A stretch of DNA of 64,000 bases from Tubiluchus corallicola (Eukaryota; Animalia; Priapulida). Positions within the stretch are counted from its first letter, which is position 1, and the number at the start of each line of letters is the position of its first letter. The position numbers and the translations under genes were made by a program. The DNA is taken from contig JAQGDQ010001023.1 in assembly GCA_030141605.1 (NCBI GenBank), positions 5,629 through 69,628 of the forward strand, read 5' to 3'. Below the pieces are notes generated by a model, which was not told where the DNA came from, searched no databases, and saw nothing but the letters and a program-made list of their open reading frames with translations. Of this stretch, positions 29,581 to 43,903 are shown in pieces.

Positions 29581-30459
29581 CAACCGCTGCAATAAATTCT
29601 TATAATTTCTTTGTCTTTCTCTAATGTTGTGGAGAATTGGCAGCTGTTCATTCATTATTCAACATACAGGTGTTAGATTATTCATGCTCTATTACTGCCA
29701 CGATTGTAAACCTATTAAACCTTTACTGACGTGCTGGATTTTATGACGTCATTAGCCTTGGTTTCTCACTTGAATGCGTGTGGAATTATGTGAGATTGTA
29801 AGTCAATCACTAATCCGAATTTTTAGTTTTTTTTGCAGTAAATTGACCATCTTGTGGTAAACTCGGTAATCAGGGATTTTTTGTCGCGTTTTAATTTTGC
29901 TGACCGTATTGACCACCGGTGTAAAATCACAGCTAGAGAAAAGAAAAGTATATTTAGCATGTAGGTGTAACTTAAAATCGCTGCAGAAAGACATATGAAG
30001 ATAAACTTGGTTTCGTAGATGGAAGCCAAGCCTTCAAACTTCAATTAGCCTCCCACGTAACCAGTCGCACAGACATTTTTATGAGATATTATCTGTCAAA
30101 GTCACTTTAATAAGTTTTGCAGTTATTTTTTCAAGGTTTTCCCAAATTTACGTGAATCGTAGACTCGGAACAAATCTGTTAGAAGCCAGGCATCTTAGTG
30201 AAGTGGCTTCGCAGATTCTGTGAAGTGTCAGATTTAATAAAGCGTAGTTTTATGTTAATTAAAAGCAATTTGTTACTTCCGGTTTACCTCCCACGCTAAC
30301 CGTCTCATTCGACAATTATCTTCAAAGTCAGGTTAAGAAAAGTTTACAGTCAGATTATTACTTTAATATTTTTATGCAAAACATTCCTAGATGCCGTGGA
30401 TACCATGAAGAAAAAAGAACTTTAAGAAATTTAAAGAAAACATAAAAATTCAAATTCAC

Positions 30460-30650
30460 CTCTGTGCTCACGTATTAGCTCTTGAACATGTGCACAATGT
30501 CAGAACTGAACAGCTCTAATCTGAGAAGTACAGCACCTGTTTTTGTGCAACACTTTTCCGAAATTCAGACGCTAGTGCCCATCTAACTAACGAATGAATG
30601 ACGAAATGCATGTAACGGCGAAGAACTAGCTTCGCGAACGCGAAATTGCA
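30460..30650 (+). repeat. Dispersed repeat shared with 48465-48630
   Basis: Both contain ...GTACAGCA...TTT.TGCAAC.C.TTTC.GA.AT.CAG.CGCTAGTGCCCATCTAA.TA.CGAATG. Confidence 0.7.
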
Positions 30651-31934
30651 TTTCTGTGATTCTTATACGTAAGCCATTCTTGAAAGTTGTTTCCCTTTTA
30701 ACGTTTTATCGTAGAGCTCAAAAAATGTTAGTATGTCAATGAACGAGGCCAGCAATATGGATTAACCCTTTTACCAGATTATTTATCATACTATTGTTTT
30801 TATACACGTGGATACTGGAATCCAACTAGACCTGCTCATTGTAATTGTTTATGGCGGGCAGGCGTCTATTCAATTATTAACAACAATACTCTAAAATAAA
30901 ACACTAATCAGTGAAACATGGCTCTCTGTTACTACTCCCTCTGCTATGTTCAGATGTCCTTGCTCTCTCGTTGGTGTAAATGCGCTCATGGACATTATAA
31001 CAAATGAACGGGTCGGCACGAGTGTCATTTAACCAAGGGTCATCCATTCGTATATGACCAGGTTTGGCATTGCTTAAATTCGGTTGCTAATCATACTCAG
31101 TAACAACATCGGTATTCACCTTAATTAGGCCTAGTTTGTCCCGTTATCAAAGAAAGCGTAATTTAAGTACGTAATTTTGTTCACTATTACAACATAAAGA
31201 AAAAGTCGTTAGAGTTCTGCTTAGCAGTGGACGTTACAACTACCTAGCTGATTTATCTATATTTATTACATTCTTATGTTATTCTCATGTGTATCTAATT
31301 TATTATTCATCTTTTTTGTTCTCATTTTCACGTTAATCTTCATAATCTTTCACTTTTTATAACTTCTCTTCCTTCCATAAATCAACTTTTAATTCTTGCA
31401 TCAACATTTTTCTTTTCTCTTTGCAGTACTGAGGCTGACTTATACAATTTTTTTGTGGGGCAGCCCCAACAATTTATTAATCAACTTTATTATTTACGTG
31501 CTTATTTTCTTTTTAATTCTGAAATTATTTCACCATATTTACGTATTTTTTGCTATAGCAAATAGTACAAACTAAACTAAACTAAACTAAATTATTTTGG
31601 CTAGGGCCCTCACTTTTCATTGTTGCATTAAGAATAAGTAAAAACTTTTATAAACTTGAAAACAGAACCATTATAAGCATGGCATTCACACAGACACCAT
31701 TACAGTGCAAGTTGCTACCTGGTTTCTTTCATATCAATCATTACGGGCACATGATAACAATGATAACAATGATAACAGTTTTTTAAGGTTTTACAAGTTG
31801 TGAAAACTTCTTGCAATCTTTATACTCGCGTTTGCTGCAGCATCATGTCTATGTTCAGCCTTTTGATATTTCGTACTTGTTAAGAAGTATGATTGTGCAC
31901 ATTTTGTTCTTCCTGTTACACTTCTCAGCAAGCA

Positions 31935-33725
31935 TGTGTACTGTGAAGTGTTTGCATGTGTGTATACTGCGAAGTGTGTGCTTATGTGTATACTGTGAAG
32001 TGTGTGCTTATGTGTATACTGTGAAGTGTGTGCATGTGTGCATACTGTGAAGTGTGTGCTTATGTGTATACTGTGAAGTGTGTGCTTGTGTGTATACTGT
32101 GAAGTGTGTGCATGTGTGCATACTGTGAAGTGAGTGCATGTGTGTATACTGTGAAGTGTGTGCTTATGTGTATACTGTGAAGTGAATGCATGTGTGCATA
32201 CTGGGAAGTGAGTGCATGTGTGTATACTGTGAAGTGTGTGCATGTGTGTATACTGTGAAGTGTGTGCATGTGTGTATACTGTGAAGTGTGTGCTTGTGTG
32301 TATACTGTGAAGTGAATGCATGTGTGCATACTGGGAAGTGTTTGCTTGTGTGTATACTGTGAAGTGTGTGCTTGTGTGTATACTGTGAAGTGTGTGCTTG
32401 TGTGTATACTGTGAAGTGTGTGCTTGTGTGTATACTGTGAAGTGAATGCATGTGTGCATACTGGGAAGTGTGTGCATGTGTGTATACTGTGAAGTGTGTG
32501 CATGTGTGTATACTGTGAAGTGTGTGCATGTGTGTATACTGTGAAGTGAGTGCATGTGTGTATACTGTGAAGTGAGTGCATGTGTGCATACTGTGAACTA
32601 TGTGCATTTGTGCATACTGTGAACTACGTGTATGTATTTGTACTGTAAAGTGTGTGCATGTGTGTATACTGTAAAGCGTGTGCATGTGTGTATACTGTAA
32701 AGTGTATGCATGTGTGTATACTGTGAAGTGTGTGCATGTGTGTATACTGCAAAGGGTATGCTTGTGTGTATACTGTAAAGCGTGTGCGTGTGTGTATACT
32801 GTAAAGTGTTTGCATGTGTGTATACTGTAAAGTGTATGCATGTGTGTATACTGTAAAGTGTATGCATGTGTGTATACTGTAAAGTGTATGCATGTGAGTA
32901 TACTGTAAAGTGTATGCATGTGTGTATACTGTAAAGTGTATGCATGTGTGTATACTGTAAAGTGTATGCATGTGTGTATACTGTAAAGTGTTTGCATGTG
33001 TGTATACTGTAAAGTGTGTGCATGTGTGTATACTGTAAAGTGTATGCATGTGTGTATACTGTAAAGTGTATGCATGTGTGTATACTGTAAAGTGTGTGCA
33101 TGTGTGTATACTGTAAAGTGTGTGCATGTGTGTATACTGTAAAGTGTATGCATGTGTGTATACTGTAAAGTGTGTGCATGTGTGTATACTGTAAAGTGTG
33201 TGCATGTGTGTATACTGTGAAGTGTGTGCATGTGTGTATACTGTAAAGTGTATGCATGTGTGTATACTGTAAAGTGTATGCATGTGTGTATACTGTAAAG
33301 CGTGTGCATGTGTGTATACTGTAAAGCGTGTGCATGTGTGTATACTGTAAAGTGTATGCATGTGTGTATACTGTAAAGTGTATGCATGTGTGTATACTGT
33401 AAAGCGTGTGCATGTGTGTATACTGTAAAGCGTGTGCATATGTGTATACTGTAAAGTGTGTGCATGTGTGTATACTGTAAAGTGTATGCATGTGTGTATA
33501 CTGTAAAGTGTGTGCATGTGCGTCTACTGTAAAGCGTGTGCATGTGTGTATACTGTAAAGTGTATGCATGTGTGTATACTGTAAAGTGTATGCATGTGTG
33601 TATACTGTAAAGTGTGTGCATGTGCGTCTACTGTAAAGCGTGTGCATGTGTGTATACTGTAAAGCGTGTGCATGTGTGTATACTGAAAAGCGTGTGCATG
33701 TGTGTGTATACTGTAAAGTGTGTGC
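31935..33725. repeat. 26-bp minisatellite (TGCATGTGTGTATACTGT[G/A]AAGTGTG)
   Basis: Periodic unit; source of His/Thr-rich pseudo-ORFs. Confidence 0.97.
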
Positions 33726-34138
33726 AGATTTGGAATATTGATCATAAATACATTCATTATTACTGAAAACTGAACGTGAATATTTCCTTTATTTATGAGT
33801 CACTAAAGTTACCTTTTTATTTGTGGTTTTATGCAGGAGGTTTAAGGCTTATAACTACTTAACATTAGCAAATGCAACAATCTACATGTGTTCAAGAATC
33901 TAGTTTGTTAGACACTGTACTCCTGTTCAAAGCGTATTGCTACTGACAAATCAACATCAAACGAGTAATATAAATTTATGAGGCGCAAAAAGGAATGGCT
34001 GCTCTTTTGTTATTCGATCCTGGCTGTAGGTTTCAGCTTCATCGCCTTCCAATGAGTTGCTAATAGAGGAAGTGATGAGAGGAGGAAAACGGGAAGGGAA
34101 AACGTGTGAAGTGCGATGCAAAATGAGGAAGATAAGAA

Positions 34139-34710
34139 AGTATACACACATGCACACACTCACAGTATGCACACATGCACACACTCACAGTATGCACACA
34201 TGCACGCACTCACAGTATGCACACATGCACACACTCACAGTATGCACACATGCACACACTCACAGTATACACACATGCACACACTCACAGTATACACACA
34301 TGCACACACTCACAGTATGCACACATGCACACACTCACAGTATACACACATGCACACACTCACAGTATACACACATGCACACACTCACAGTATACACACA
34401 TGCATACACTTTACAGTATACACACACATGCACACACTCACAGTATACACACATGCACACACTCACAGTATACACACATGCACGCACTCACAGTATACAC
34501 ACATGCGCACACTCACAGTATACACACATGCACACACTCACAGTATACACACATGCACACACTCACAGTATACACACATGCGCACACTCACAGTATACAC
34601 ACATGCACACACTCACAGTATACACACATGCACACGCTTTACAGTTTACGCACATGCACACGCTTTACAGTTTACACACATGCACAAATTTTACAGTATA
34701 CAAATGTACA
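34139..34710. repeat. Minisatellite (~24-26 bp, CACAGTATACACACATGCACACACT-like), inverted relative of the 31.9-33.7 kb array
   Basis: Unit is near the reverse complement of the 26-mer. Confidence 0.93.
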
Positions 34711-36391
34711 CGAGGAAGAGAAGAAAAAACAGTGAAAGAACAAAAACAGATGTAAAGAAAAGAGAAGTAAAGATGAAATGCTGACGGAAAAAAGGTAAAT
34801 AGAAAAACGCATAAGAGGAGAAAGAGAAAATGGTAGCTAGGTTTTGTGTGACACATATAACTACTGTATTTTTGTAGCTTTAATTTCAGGTTATACACAC
34901 CTGAAAGACTTTTCAGCCAAAGAAACTGATGAATTGAAATCAAATATTCTCTCAAATTGTCATCTTGAATTAGCAGAATCTCGTTATTTCCTAATTTAGG
35001 AACTAATTCTTTGAGAATTGTTGAATAATCCTTTTTATTTCTACTCGTTTCTTTATTACTCGACTTTTGCATGGCAACTGTCATACTAATCCATAGCTGG
35101 AAATAAATTCATTCTTAACTAAAGTGGATTTTAAAATGATACAACATAATTATTACTGCCTGAAAGCAAACTTCTAGCCGTACTTAGCTTCACTGCGCAA
35201 ACTGTAAACACGAAATGTTATAAAACATGTTGACGGAAATGATTTCACATTTGCGGAAGTGACCAGTCAGAATAAGGTACATCTTGGGGATATTTTAGAA
35301 GTTGTTAAAGGTGTTTTCAGATTTACTCACTGTGTTGAGCCTCAGAAGTTGAGAATGGCACTAGTTTTTCATGCCTCGAATTAGAGGCATATTTTGTGAG
35401 GTGTTATGCAGCGTGATAATTGTAATCATTGCACCTGCTATAACAGGTCTTCGCTGTGATAATTGTAATCATTGCACCTGCTATAACAGGTCTTCTATCC
35501 GCTTGTCATCATCGACGTCATCCTCGTTCTGTCGACGGGGTTGTTAATCTGATCAATAATTTAAAATTTTGGTCAAGATTGTCACAGTGCCGGTGTCCGA
35601 AAAATACAAAACAAGTTTTAGTCACGGTCGAGTGCAAAGGACTCCGCCCGAAATACGCAGGAAAATAAAATTCTGTTTCAATTTTGCCGTTAACAGCATT
35701 CATTAAATTAGTTATGAGGTGTAAAAAAAATAAAAATGAAATTTCAAACATCATCTGGGCTCTGGACAGTGAAATGGAAGATAAGAATTTTTATTCTCCT
35801 GCGTTTACGAAACAGATTGTTGCTCAATTAGTATGCGAGCGGGTACCAGCAGCAACTCAAGAGCAACATTCTGAAATTCTTGCAATAAAATTCTATTGTG
35901 AATTGCTGTATGTAATTTGCTGTAATTGTACGATTATCACGTAATTGTTCAAGAGTGGTAAATTTTTGTGATGCCCTGAAACTGCTTTTTATAGCAATTC
36001 ACTGAATAATATCTGAGAAAATCACCATTTGTTATGTTAATCAGCAATCAGCATTAACAACTGTTTTAATGTAATCATTATCATTGTCACCATTACCATA
36101 ATCATCATGATCATGATCATAATCATCATCATGCTCGTCGGCGGCGGCTGCGGCCGCGTCGCCATCGTCATCATTGTCGTTAGCAGCAGCAGCAATCTTT
36201 ATCACCAACGTTCGTCATCATTGTCTATATTTTCAACACGGTTGAGTTGTACAATTGGCTATTGACTGTAGGACATCTACTGTAGTATATCTTACTACTT
36301 ACTCTTGAAAGTAATCTCTGTTATACAGTTATAGATTCATTATTTGCAGCAGACAAGTTGCTCTCTGAGCTTATGTTAATTGTTCATCCAA

Positions 36392-36518
<127 letters not shown>

Positions 36519-36807
36519 ACTATCTTGCAGTGCTGGGACTTATAAAAACCTGATTTGTACAATAACATTCCAAATAATGTAAAAATAAAAATGTATTTAT
36601 ATTAAAACGGTCTTTCAATAAAAAATTTTTCAAAGGCGCTGTACAAACAAAAGTATTTAGATAAAATACTAAAAAACTATAATACAATTAGACATGTGTA
36701 TAGACAAAAAAATCTGCAAAACACTCGCCCTTTATATGTTAAAACACTGCATTAAAACATGAGTTTTCGGCTTCCTTTAAGAAAGAATTTAAATTTGAGC
36801 CAATTCT

Positions 36808-38204
36808 ACATAGCCCGTGAAGGGACATGGTGAAAAAATTTCAATTTGTATGATCTGTGCGAACGAAATACTAATCCATGTGCACGAAATACTGATCCGT
36901 GTGCACGAAATACTAATCCATGTGCACGAAATACTAATCCGTGTGCACGAATACTAATGCGTGTGCACGAAATACTAATCCGTGTGCACGAAATACTAAT
37001 CCGTGTTCACGAAATACTAATCCGTGTGCACGAAATACTAATCCGTGTGAACGAAATACTAATCCGTGTGCACGAAATACTAATCCCTGTGCACGAAATA
37101 CTAATCCATGTGCACGAAATACTAATCCGTGTGCACGAAATACTAATCCGTGTGCACGAAATACTAATCCATGTGCAAGAAATACTAATCCGTGCGCAAG
37201 AAATACTAATCCGTGGTCACAAATGACTAATTCGTGTGCACAGATTCAGATTAATGTTTGACAACTGCTACAAGTAGCTACACCTCGCTTTATATCAGTT
37301 TTAAGAAAAGCTGAGTTAAACAAAATAGTTAGACTAACCAATGTGCGCAGTATCAGTTGCATATTTCTAGTCCAATGTGGTTTACCCTATTTTGCTCTGC
37401 ATAACAGAAATTATTATTACCCCACTTTTACCCTAAATACCAAGTGCCAGGTAGAGCAACAGCAGGTACTATTTTTAAAATCGTTGGTATGACCCGGCCG
37501 CAGTACTAAACTCAGAACCTCCAAGGCAGAAAAACGGCGCGTTACAATTAGAAAAACCATCTGGTCATGCAGTAGAATCGTCTGGTTCTACGAGTTATGA
37601 GAGGTATGAGTAACTCAATGTTAATCTTTTTCGCCTCTATGTGGTAGCCTTTAAAAGCCAAGGTACGCGTCTACGCCATTAGCTCCTACAAATTAATGAT
37701 TCATAATTCATTTTTTTGTGTGAATAAAAATGTGAAATTACAATACATAGAAAAGCGTGTATTCTGCAAATCATAAAAAACAACTAATTTGCATTTCATT
37801 ACAGAGTTACAAAGTAACTACACAGTAACTACAAATCACACTGTTGCTGATCACACTGTAGAATCAAAATTAAAAATATCTCCTAGATCGCCTAAGCTTT
37901 TATTATACTAGTTTTTCGCGTTGAATATTTAATGCATATTGTCATAATGCTCAATGCATAGAATAATATTAATAATGCAATAGTACCCTTAACAAGTTAA
38001 ATTTCACATTACTCAGTTCAGCGGATTGGTAATTCGTGGCCACGAATTAGTATTTCTTGCACATGGATTAGTATTTCTTGCACATGGATTAGTATTATGT
38101 GCGCACGGATTAGTAGCTCGTACACACGGATTAGTAGCTCGTACGCACGGATTAGTATTTCGTGAATTAAATTTTCTCACTATGTCCCTTCGGGGGCTCC
38201 CTAC
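36808..38204. mobile_element. Non-autonomous foldback DNA element: TIRs (AGCCC..GAAGGGACAT.GTGA) with subterminal 21-bp tandem arrays in inverted orientation
   Basis: Left TAGCCCGTGAAGGGACATGGTGAAAAAATT vs right AATTTTCTCACTATGTCCCTTCGGGGGCT; 21-mer GTGCACGAAATACTAATCCGT at 36855-37240 and its reverse complement at 38020-38165. Confidence 0.85.
37380..37552 (-). mobile_element. Degenerate tRNA-SINE copy (same family as 17.6 kb) inside the foldback element
   Basis: Minus strand GGTCATACCAACGATTTTAAAAATAGTACCTGCTG...CTGGCACTTGG. Confidence 0.55.
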
Positions 38205-38687
38205 GATTCAGTTGGTAGCTTATGCCAAAACAAAATACGAACGTAAGTGCTTACCCTTATTCTTATATCTTAGATTATATTGTTCAATGATTTTTCATTG
38301 ATTTTAGTCTCCAGTTACTTCAGTTAGTCCTAGCAGACGCCATATAGCGCAAAACTTTGACTAAACGTTAAGCCATCTTGGATTTTTGCAAAGCTTAAAC
38401 TGTGGCAGCCGCCATGGAGCGTGATTGAGATGTTTGCAAATAAACCGACACGCAAGTAACTATTGCTCAGTAAACAGAGTTGGGAAAAGCGACACCTGTT
38501 GACAAAGATCGAAAATTCCCTTGATCAGCAACGAATTTTTATACCTCGTCTTATTGGTACAAAGATTTATTTTAAGGAATATTGACCTATATATCATTGA
38601 AGTGTTTAAGAGACTAAGTGTTCCTAATATCAATATAATATTGAATTGAACTGACGATGAGATTTGAGGTAAAAAAGAGCAACTTAC

Positions 38688-38771
38688 AAGGCGGTTGTAA
38701 AGTTTCGAAACTCATCCGCTAGTGAAAGCGTGACATCACCCACCGATCTAAAACTGTTGTGTTGTAACTCT
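38688..38771 (-). CDS. Host LRR gene, 84-nt LRR exon (ELQHNSFRSVGDVTLSLADEFRNFTTAL)
   Basis: ttactttcAG acceptor, GTAAGT donor, phase 2/2, open frame, LxLxxN motif formed across the splice. Confidence 0.78.
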
Positions 38772-38829
38772 CTGAAAGTAATAATTATATTTAAAAGTTA
38801 ATGACTAAATGTAACATCTATTTTGTGTA

Positions 38830-38998
38830 GTCAGTCAGTCAGTCAGTCAGTCAGGCAGTCAGTCAGTCAGTCAGTCAGTCAGTCAGTCAGTCAGTCAGTC
38901 AGTCAGTCAGTCAGTCAGTCAGTCAGTCAGTCAGTCAGTCAGTCAGTCAGTCAGTCAACCAGTCAGTCAACCAGTCAGTCAATCAGTCTCTCAGTCAG
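38830..38998. repeat. (CAGT)n microsatellite
   Basis: Direct observation. Confidence 0.95.
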
Positions 38999-39243
38999 GT
39001 AGGCTGTCTGTCTGTCTATCAATCGTCTGATTATTATTCGGGTGGTCAGTCAATTAGTCGGTCAATTAATCTATAAGCACAATAATTATAGCAAAGTTAA
39101 TAAAATGTTTCTGCCATAGTCTTTCGTGTTGTGGTCCAAAATGACACAGTTATAATTATTATTATTATTTTTATAGCGCAACATTTGATTGGCCATGGGA
39201 AAAATGCGCAAAATTTTTACCATCTACTGTTTGAGCAGAACTA

Positions 39244-39698
39244 CCGTATTTTCCCGTCTATAAGAGACCCTTTTTTGCTCAGAATTTTCACTTTAAAAAT
39301 AGGGGGTCTCTTATACATGGGAGTAAGTCTTTTCAATAAGATGCATAAATTGTGACACTAATGATTTTAAAGAAATAAGTGCTCTACAACTGTTTTGCGT
39401 GTCGCGTTCGACTATGAAGCGGTTGTAAGCAATACAAGCATCATGACACGGGCATTATCTCCTCGTTTTCTCTTTTCCTGTTACAGGTTTGCAGGTACGC
39501 ACTTTAATATATACCAGTACTCTTTTTCTACAACACATTAACTGGTTTTATTTTGTTTTCAGTACCGCACTGAGTTGAAAAAAGTTGTACTTTACCCTCT
39601 AAAAATGTCCGTCTGAAAAAACTTTTTTCCAGAATTTTTGCCTAAAAATTGAAGGGGTCTCTTATACAAAAGGGTCTCTTATACACGGGAAAATACGG
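39244..39698. mobile_element. Tc1/mariner-superfamily (Tc2/pogo-like) MITE with TA target duplication
   Basis: TA|CCGTATTTTCCCGTCTATAAGAGACCC ... GGGTCTCTTATACACGGGAAAATACGG|TA; internal repeated GGGTCTCTTATACA. Confidence 0.88.
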
Positions 39699-39724
39699 TA
39701 TTTGTGTTTACCTAGTTCACTTAC

Positions 39725-39802
39725 AGTTTAATATTCTCTGAAATAGTGAAGTTTTCAAAGGAGTTTCCTGGCAGCTTCTTTAGCAAAGAGTTTCTCAAAA
39801 AA
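39725..39802 (-). CDS. Host LRR gene, 78-nt LRR exon (FLRNSLLKKLPGNSFENFTISENIKL)
   Basis: ttttgttgcAG acceptor, GTAAGT donor, phase 2/2, LxxLPxxxF pattern; in frame with exon 56347-55971. Confidence 0.83.
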
Positions 39803-40002
39803 CTGCAACAAAAGATGAACGGAAATTAGGTGTCGGGTGCGCAAACAGTGAATAATAATAAAATCTGTGGAATTATTAAGCTTCTACGTACAATTATAGC
39901 AATAATAGAAAGCTCTTGAAAAGAGTGTCGGATTTGGTGAACAACTTGCCATTTAGAAATAAGGACTAAAAATTAGAAGCTAAAGCAGTAAAACAGCTCT
40001 AG

Positions 40003-40411
<409 letters not shown>

Positions 40412-41088
40412 TTTTAGTGAAGTATATTATCGAATCAGAGTACAAAAGCAGTGTTTTCCTGTTCTTACAAAGCAGATAATTATAACGCCAGACTTCACGA
40501 TCGTAGGTGCAATTTATTGCCAACAAGCATCGTTTAAGCGAGCAGAGCATAAAGCTTTATTATTATGGAGCCCTAATTGGACGTCTTGAAAAGAACGCCT
40601 CTATTGCATTCCAAATTGACGTGATTGTACGTTGTGCTGATGAGGCAGATCAGTGCGTCGCTGAACACTGTGATTTAAGCGAAAACATGAAGTCTGTCCT
40701 AAGTAAATGATCAACGTGGTTAGAACAAGTAACCCTGTAGGCATCAGGTATGTCGGGGAAATGTCCAATACTGTACGGTAAGAAATGGTGAGGCTCAGAA
40801 ATTAACGCTTCTAAAACGTCAATGAATATAATCAGTAAAACGCGTAGAGTGTCGACAGTAAATAAAGGTCACAATAGAATAATTGTGATTTCGCGTGTGG
40901 TATGTGTTGTGCTTAACATATTAATATCTCAACATAAAGCACAGTGCAACTCACAAGATTTTTCGTTGATATTTACCTGCTGGTGCCTTCGATGTAATTC
41001 AATTCAAATTTTTATTTTTGTAACTAGGACCATATGAAATACAAATACAATACTAAAATAAAATACAATGAAATAAAAATTACAAGAG

Positions 41089-41091
<3 letters not shown>

Positions 41092-41158
<67 letters not shown>
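41092..41158. repeat. (TA)n microsatellite
   Basis: Direct observation. Confidence 0.95.
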
Positions 41159-41326
41159 CAGGGTTAGCAAATTAAAAGCTAAACAAATTTTAGATGTTAA
41201 TTATGTAATAATAGGTTCCATTTCACAAAAAAGCAAGAATTGCCAAGTCTTAATAATATCTCAAGGGTTAATAATATCTGTCTTATCCGTTTGTCCTTAA
41301 TCTTTCTATGTGAATCTTTGTCTGGT

Positions 41327-41806
41327 GGTACTTCACACGGCAGCTCAAAACGTTTTCACCTAGTAGTTTTAAAGTCGTTTTAGGAAGCAATTTGAAACAA
41401 TTTTTAAACAGTTTTGCAGTAAAATCGTTTGAGCGCGTGACGTAAGCAATGCATACAAGAGCGTCCTCTGAATGTTTGTTTCAAAACTGCACAGAAAGCG
41501 TGCGAACTGAGCGCATGCGCAAAGTTGAGTAAAATGGGTATACATTTTGCACTTTTTTCACACGCTAAACTTTCACACGTTCATTGGACAAACAAGCAGA
41601 AGACACGTGGTTATCAATGTTGATGTCACATCTTTCAAAGGATTTTGCTGCAAAAATGTTTGAAAACAGCGTTTCAAGCTGCCTCCCAAGCTGCCTCCCA
41701 AGCGGATTCAAAGTGGTTTGGTGAAAACACATTCAAAAGTGTTGGTCTGCAGCGTGTACATTGAAACCCGTTTTAAAATTCTTTACATTTGCAGTGTGAA
41801 AAGAGC
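41327..41806. mobile_element. Possible old MITE with TTCACAC.GCA / TGCAGTGTGAA ends
   Basis: Short imperfect inverted termini only. Confidence 0.3.
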
Positions 41807-41857
41807 ATTAGAAAATTCCCACTTTCCACTGGGGTTTGCAATTGCATGCTGTATATT

Positions 41858-43195
41858 TTGTATACACCTTGCACACATGCCAAGTGTGTACACCTTGCAC
41901 ACATGCCGGCTGTATACACCTTGCACACATGCCAAGTGTGCACACCTTGCACACATGCCGAGCGTATACACCTTGCACGCATGCCGAGTGTATACACCTT
42001 GCACACATGCCGAGTGTATACACCTTGCACACATGCCGAGTGTGCACACCTTGCACACATGCCGAGTGTGTACACCTTGCACGCATGCCGAGTGTATACA
42101 CCTTGCACGCATGCCGAGTGTATACACCTTGCACGCATGCCGAGTGTGTACACCTTGCACGCATGCCGAGTGTATACACCTTGCACGCATGCCGAGTGTA
42201 TACACCTTGCACGCATGCCGAGTGTATACACCTTGCACGCATGCCGAGTGTATACACCTTGCACGCATGCCGAGTGTATACACCTTGCACGCATGCCGAG
42301 TGTATACACCTTGCACACATGACGAGTGTATACACCTTGCACGCATGCCGAGTGTATACACCTTGCACACATGCCGAGTGTATACACTTTGCACGCATGC
42401 CGAGTGTGCACACCTTGCACACATGCCGAGTGTATACACCTTGCACACATGCCGAGTGTGTACACCTTGCACACATGCCGAGTGTGTACACCTTGCACGC
42501 ATGCCGAGTGTATACACCTTGCACGCATGCCGAGTGTGTACACCTTGCACGCATGCCGAGTGTATACACCTTGCACGCATGCCGAGTGTATACACCTTGC
42601 ACACATGCCGAGTGTATACACCTTGCACGCATGCCGAGTGTATACACCTTGCACGCATGCCGAGTGTATACACCTTGCACGCATGCCGAGTGTGCACACC
42701 TTGCACACATGCCGAGTGTGCACACCTTGCACGCATGCCGAGTGTATACACCTTGCACGCATGCCGAGTGTATACACCTTGCACACATGACGAGTGTATA
42801 CACCTTGCACACATGCCGAGTGTGCACACCTTGCACACATGCCGAGTGTATACACCTTGCACGCATGCCGAGTGTATACACCTTGCACGCATGCCGAGTG
42901 TATACACCTTGCACACATGCCGAGTGTGCACACCTTGCACACATGCCGAGTGTATACACCTTGCACACATGCCGAGTGTGCACACCTTGCACACATGCCG
43001 AGTGTGCACACCTTGCACACATGCCGAGTGTATACACCTTGCACACATGCCGAGTGTGTACACCTTGCACGCATGCCGAGTGTGTACACCTTGCACGCAT
43101 GCCGAGTGTATACACCTTGCACACATGCCGAGTGTATACACCTTGCACACATGACGAGTGTATACACCTTGCACACATGCCGAGTGTGTACATAT
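41858..43195. repeat. 26-bp minisatellite (TATACACCTTGCAC[A/G]CATGCCGAGTG), ~51 copies
   Basis: Periodic unit, nearly stop-free in all six frames. Confidence 0.97.
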
Positions 43196-43659
43196 CTTAG
43201 TAAAGATAATCATTATTGGTAAAAATTTGTTGTAGGCTACAATGATTTGCTTAAAAGTTCTTAAGCTTGTTACAGTTGAACTAGTTTACGTTTATGTAAG
43301 AAAGTATCCGTTTTATTTAACCACTTAATAGCGGTCTAAATAAGAGACTTTACACCATTATCAATATTGATTATCTTTATATTTATATTAGACTATTTAT
43401 TTAATTCGGTCATAAATTACAAGTACATTTACAATTATAATTACAAAAAATATCTAAAATATATTCATTAAGAAACAAATACGAGTGTAAAACAATTCAT
43501 TCAGTCGACGTGTATCATTTTTACCATCATTTTGAATGTGCGGTCTTGTTTCAGTTGTATATAGCTAAACGCCTGAACTAAACGAATGTCAAATATATAG
43601 TCAAACACATAGTCCAAAGACAACACCATAAGTAGCCCAATACATATTTCCAACGTGGT

Positions 43660-43817
43660 CCAGGTTATTATTAGTCGCACGTTACTTCGATAAACCCGCG
43701 TGCTTGGTTGAAGAACCAGCGTACCATTTTTTGAGTCTTTGGTACGCCACGGTTGGCAATTGAAACCTTGACCTTCTTGATGCGAAGCGAGCACGCTACC
43801 ATTGAGCTACACCTGCC
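43660..43817 (-). mobile_element. tRNA-derived SINE copy (same family as 17.6 kb)
   Basis: Minus strand TAGCTCAATGGTAGCG A-box, GGTTTCAATTGCC B-box-like, GTACCAAAGACTCAAAAAATGGTACG. Confidence 0.65.
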
Positions 43818-43903
43818 AAGATGTCTGAGTTCAGAATACATTTTACATAGAAGTTTCGTGAATTTTGTAACCATAACATCCAAGTAAGGGATATTGTCTA
43901 GTA

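Noticed and set aside
31791-34784. Long His/Thr-rich ORFs
   Set aside because: Translations of minisatellites, open in multiple frames; no coding evidence.
41718-43222. 450-480 aa Cys/His-rich ORFs on both strands
   Set aside because: A nearly stop-free 26-bp repeat gives ORFs in all six frames.
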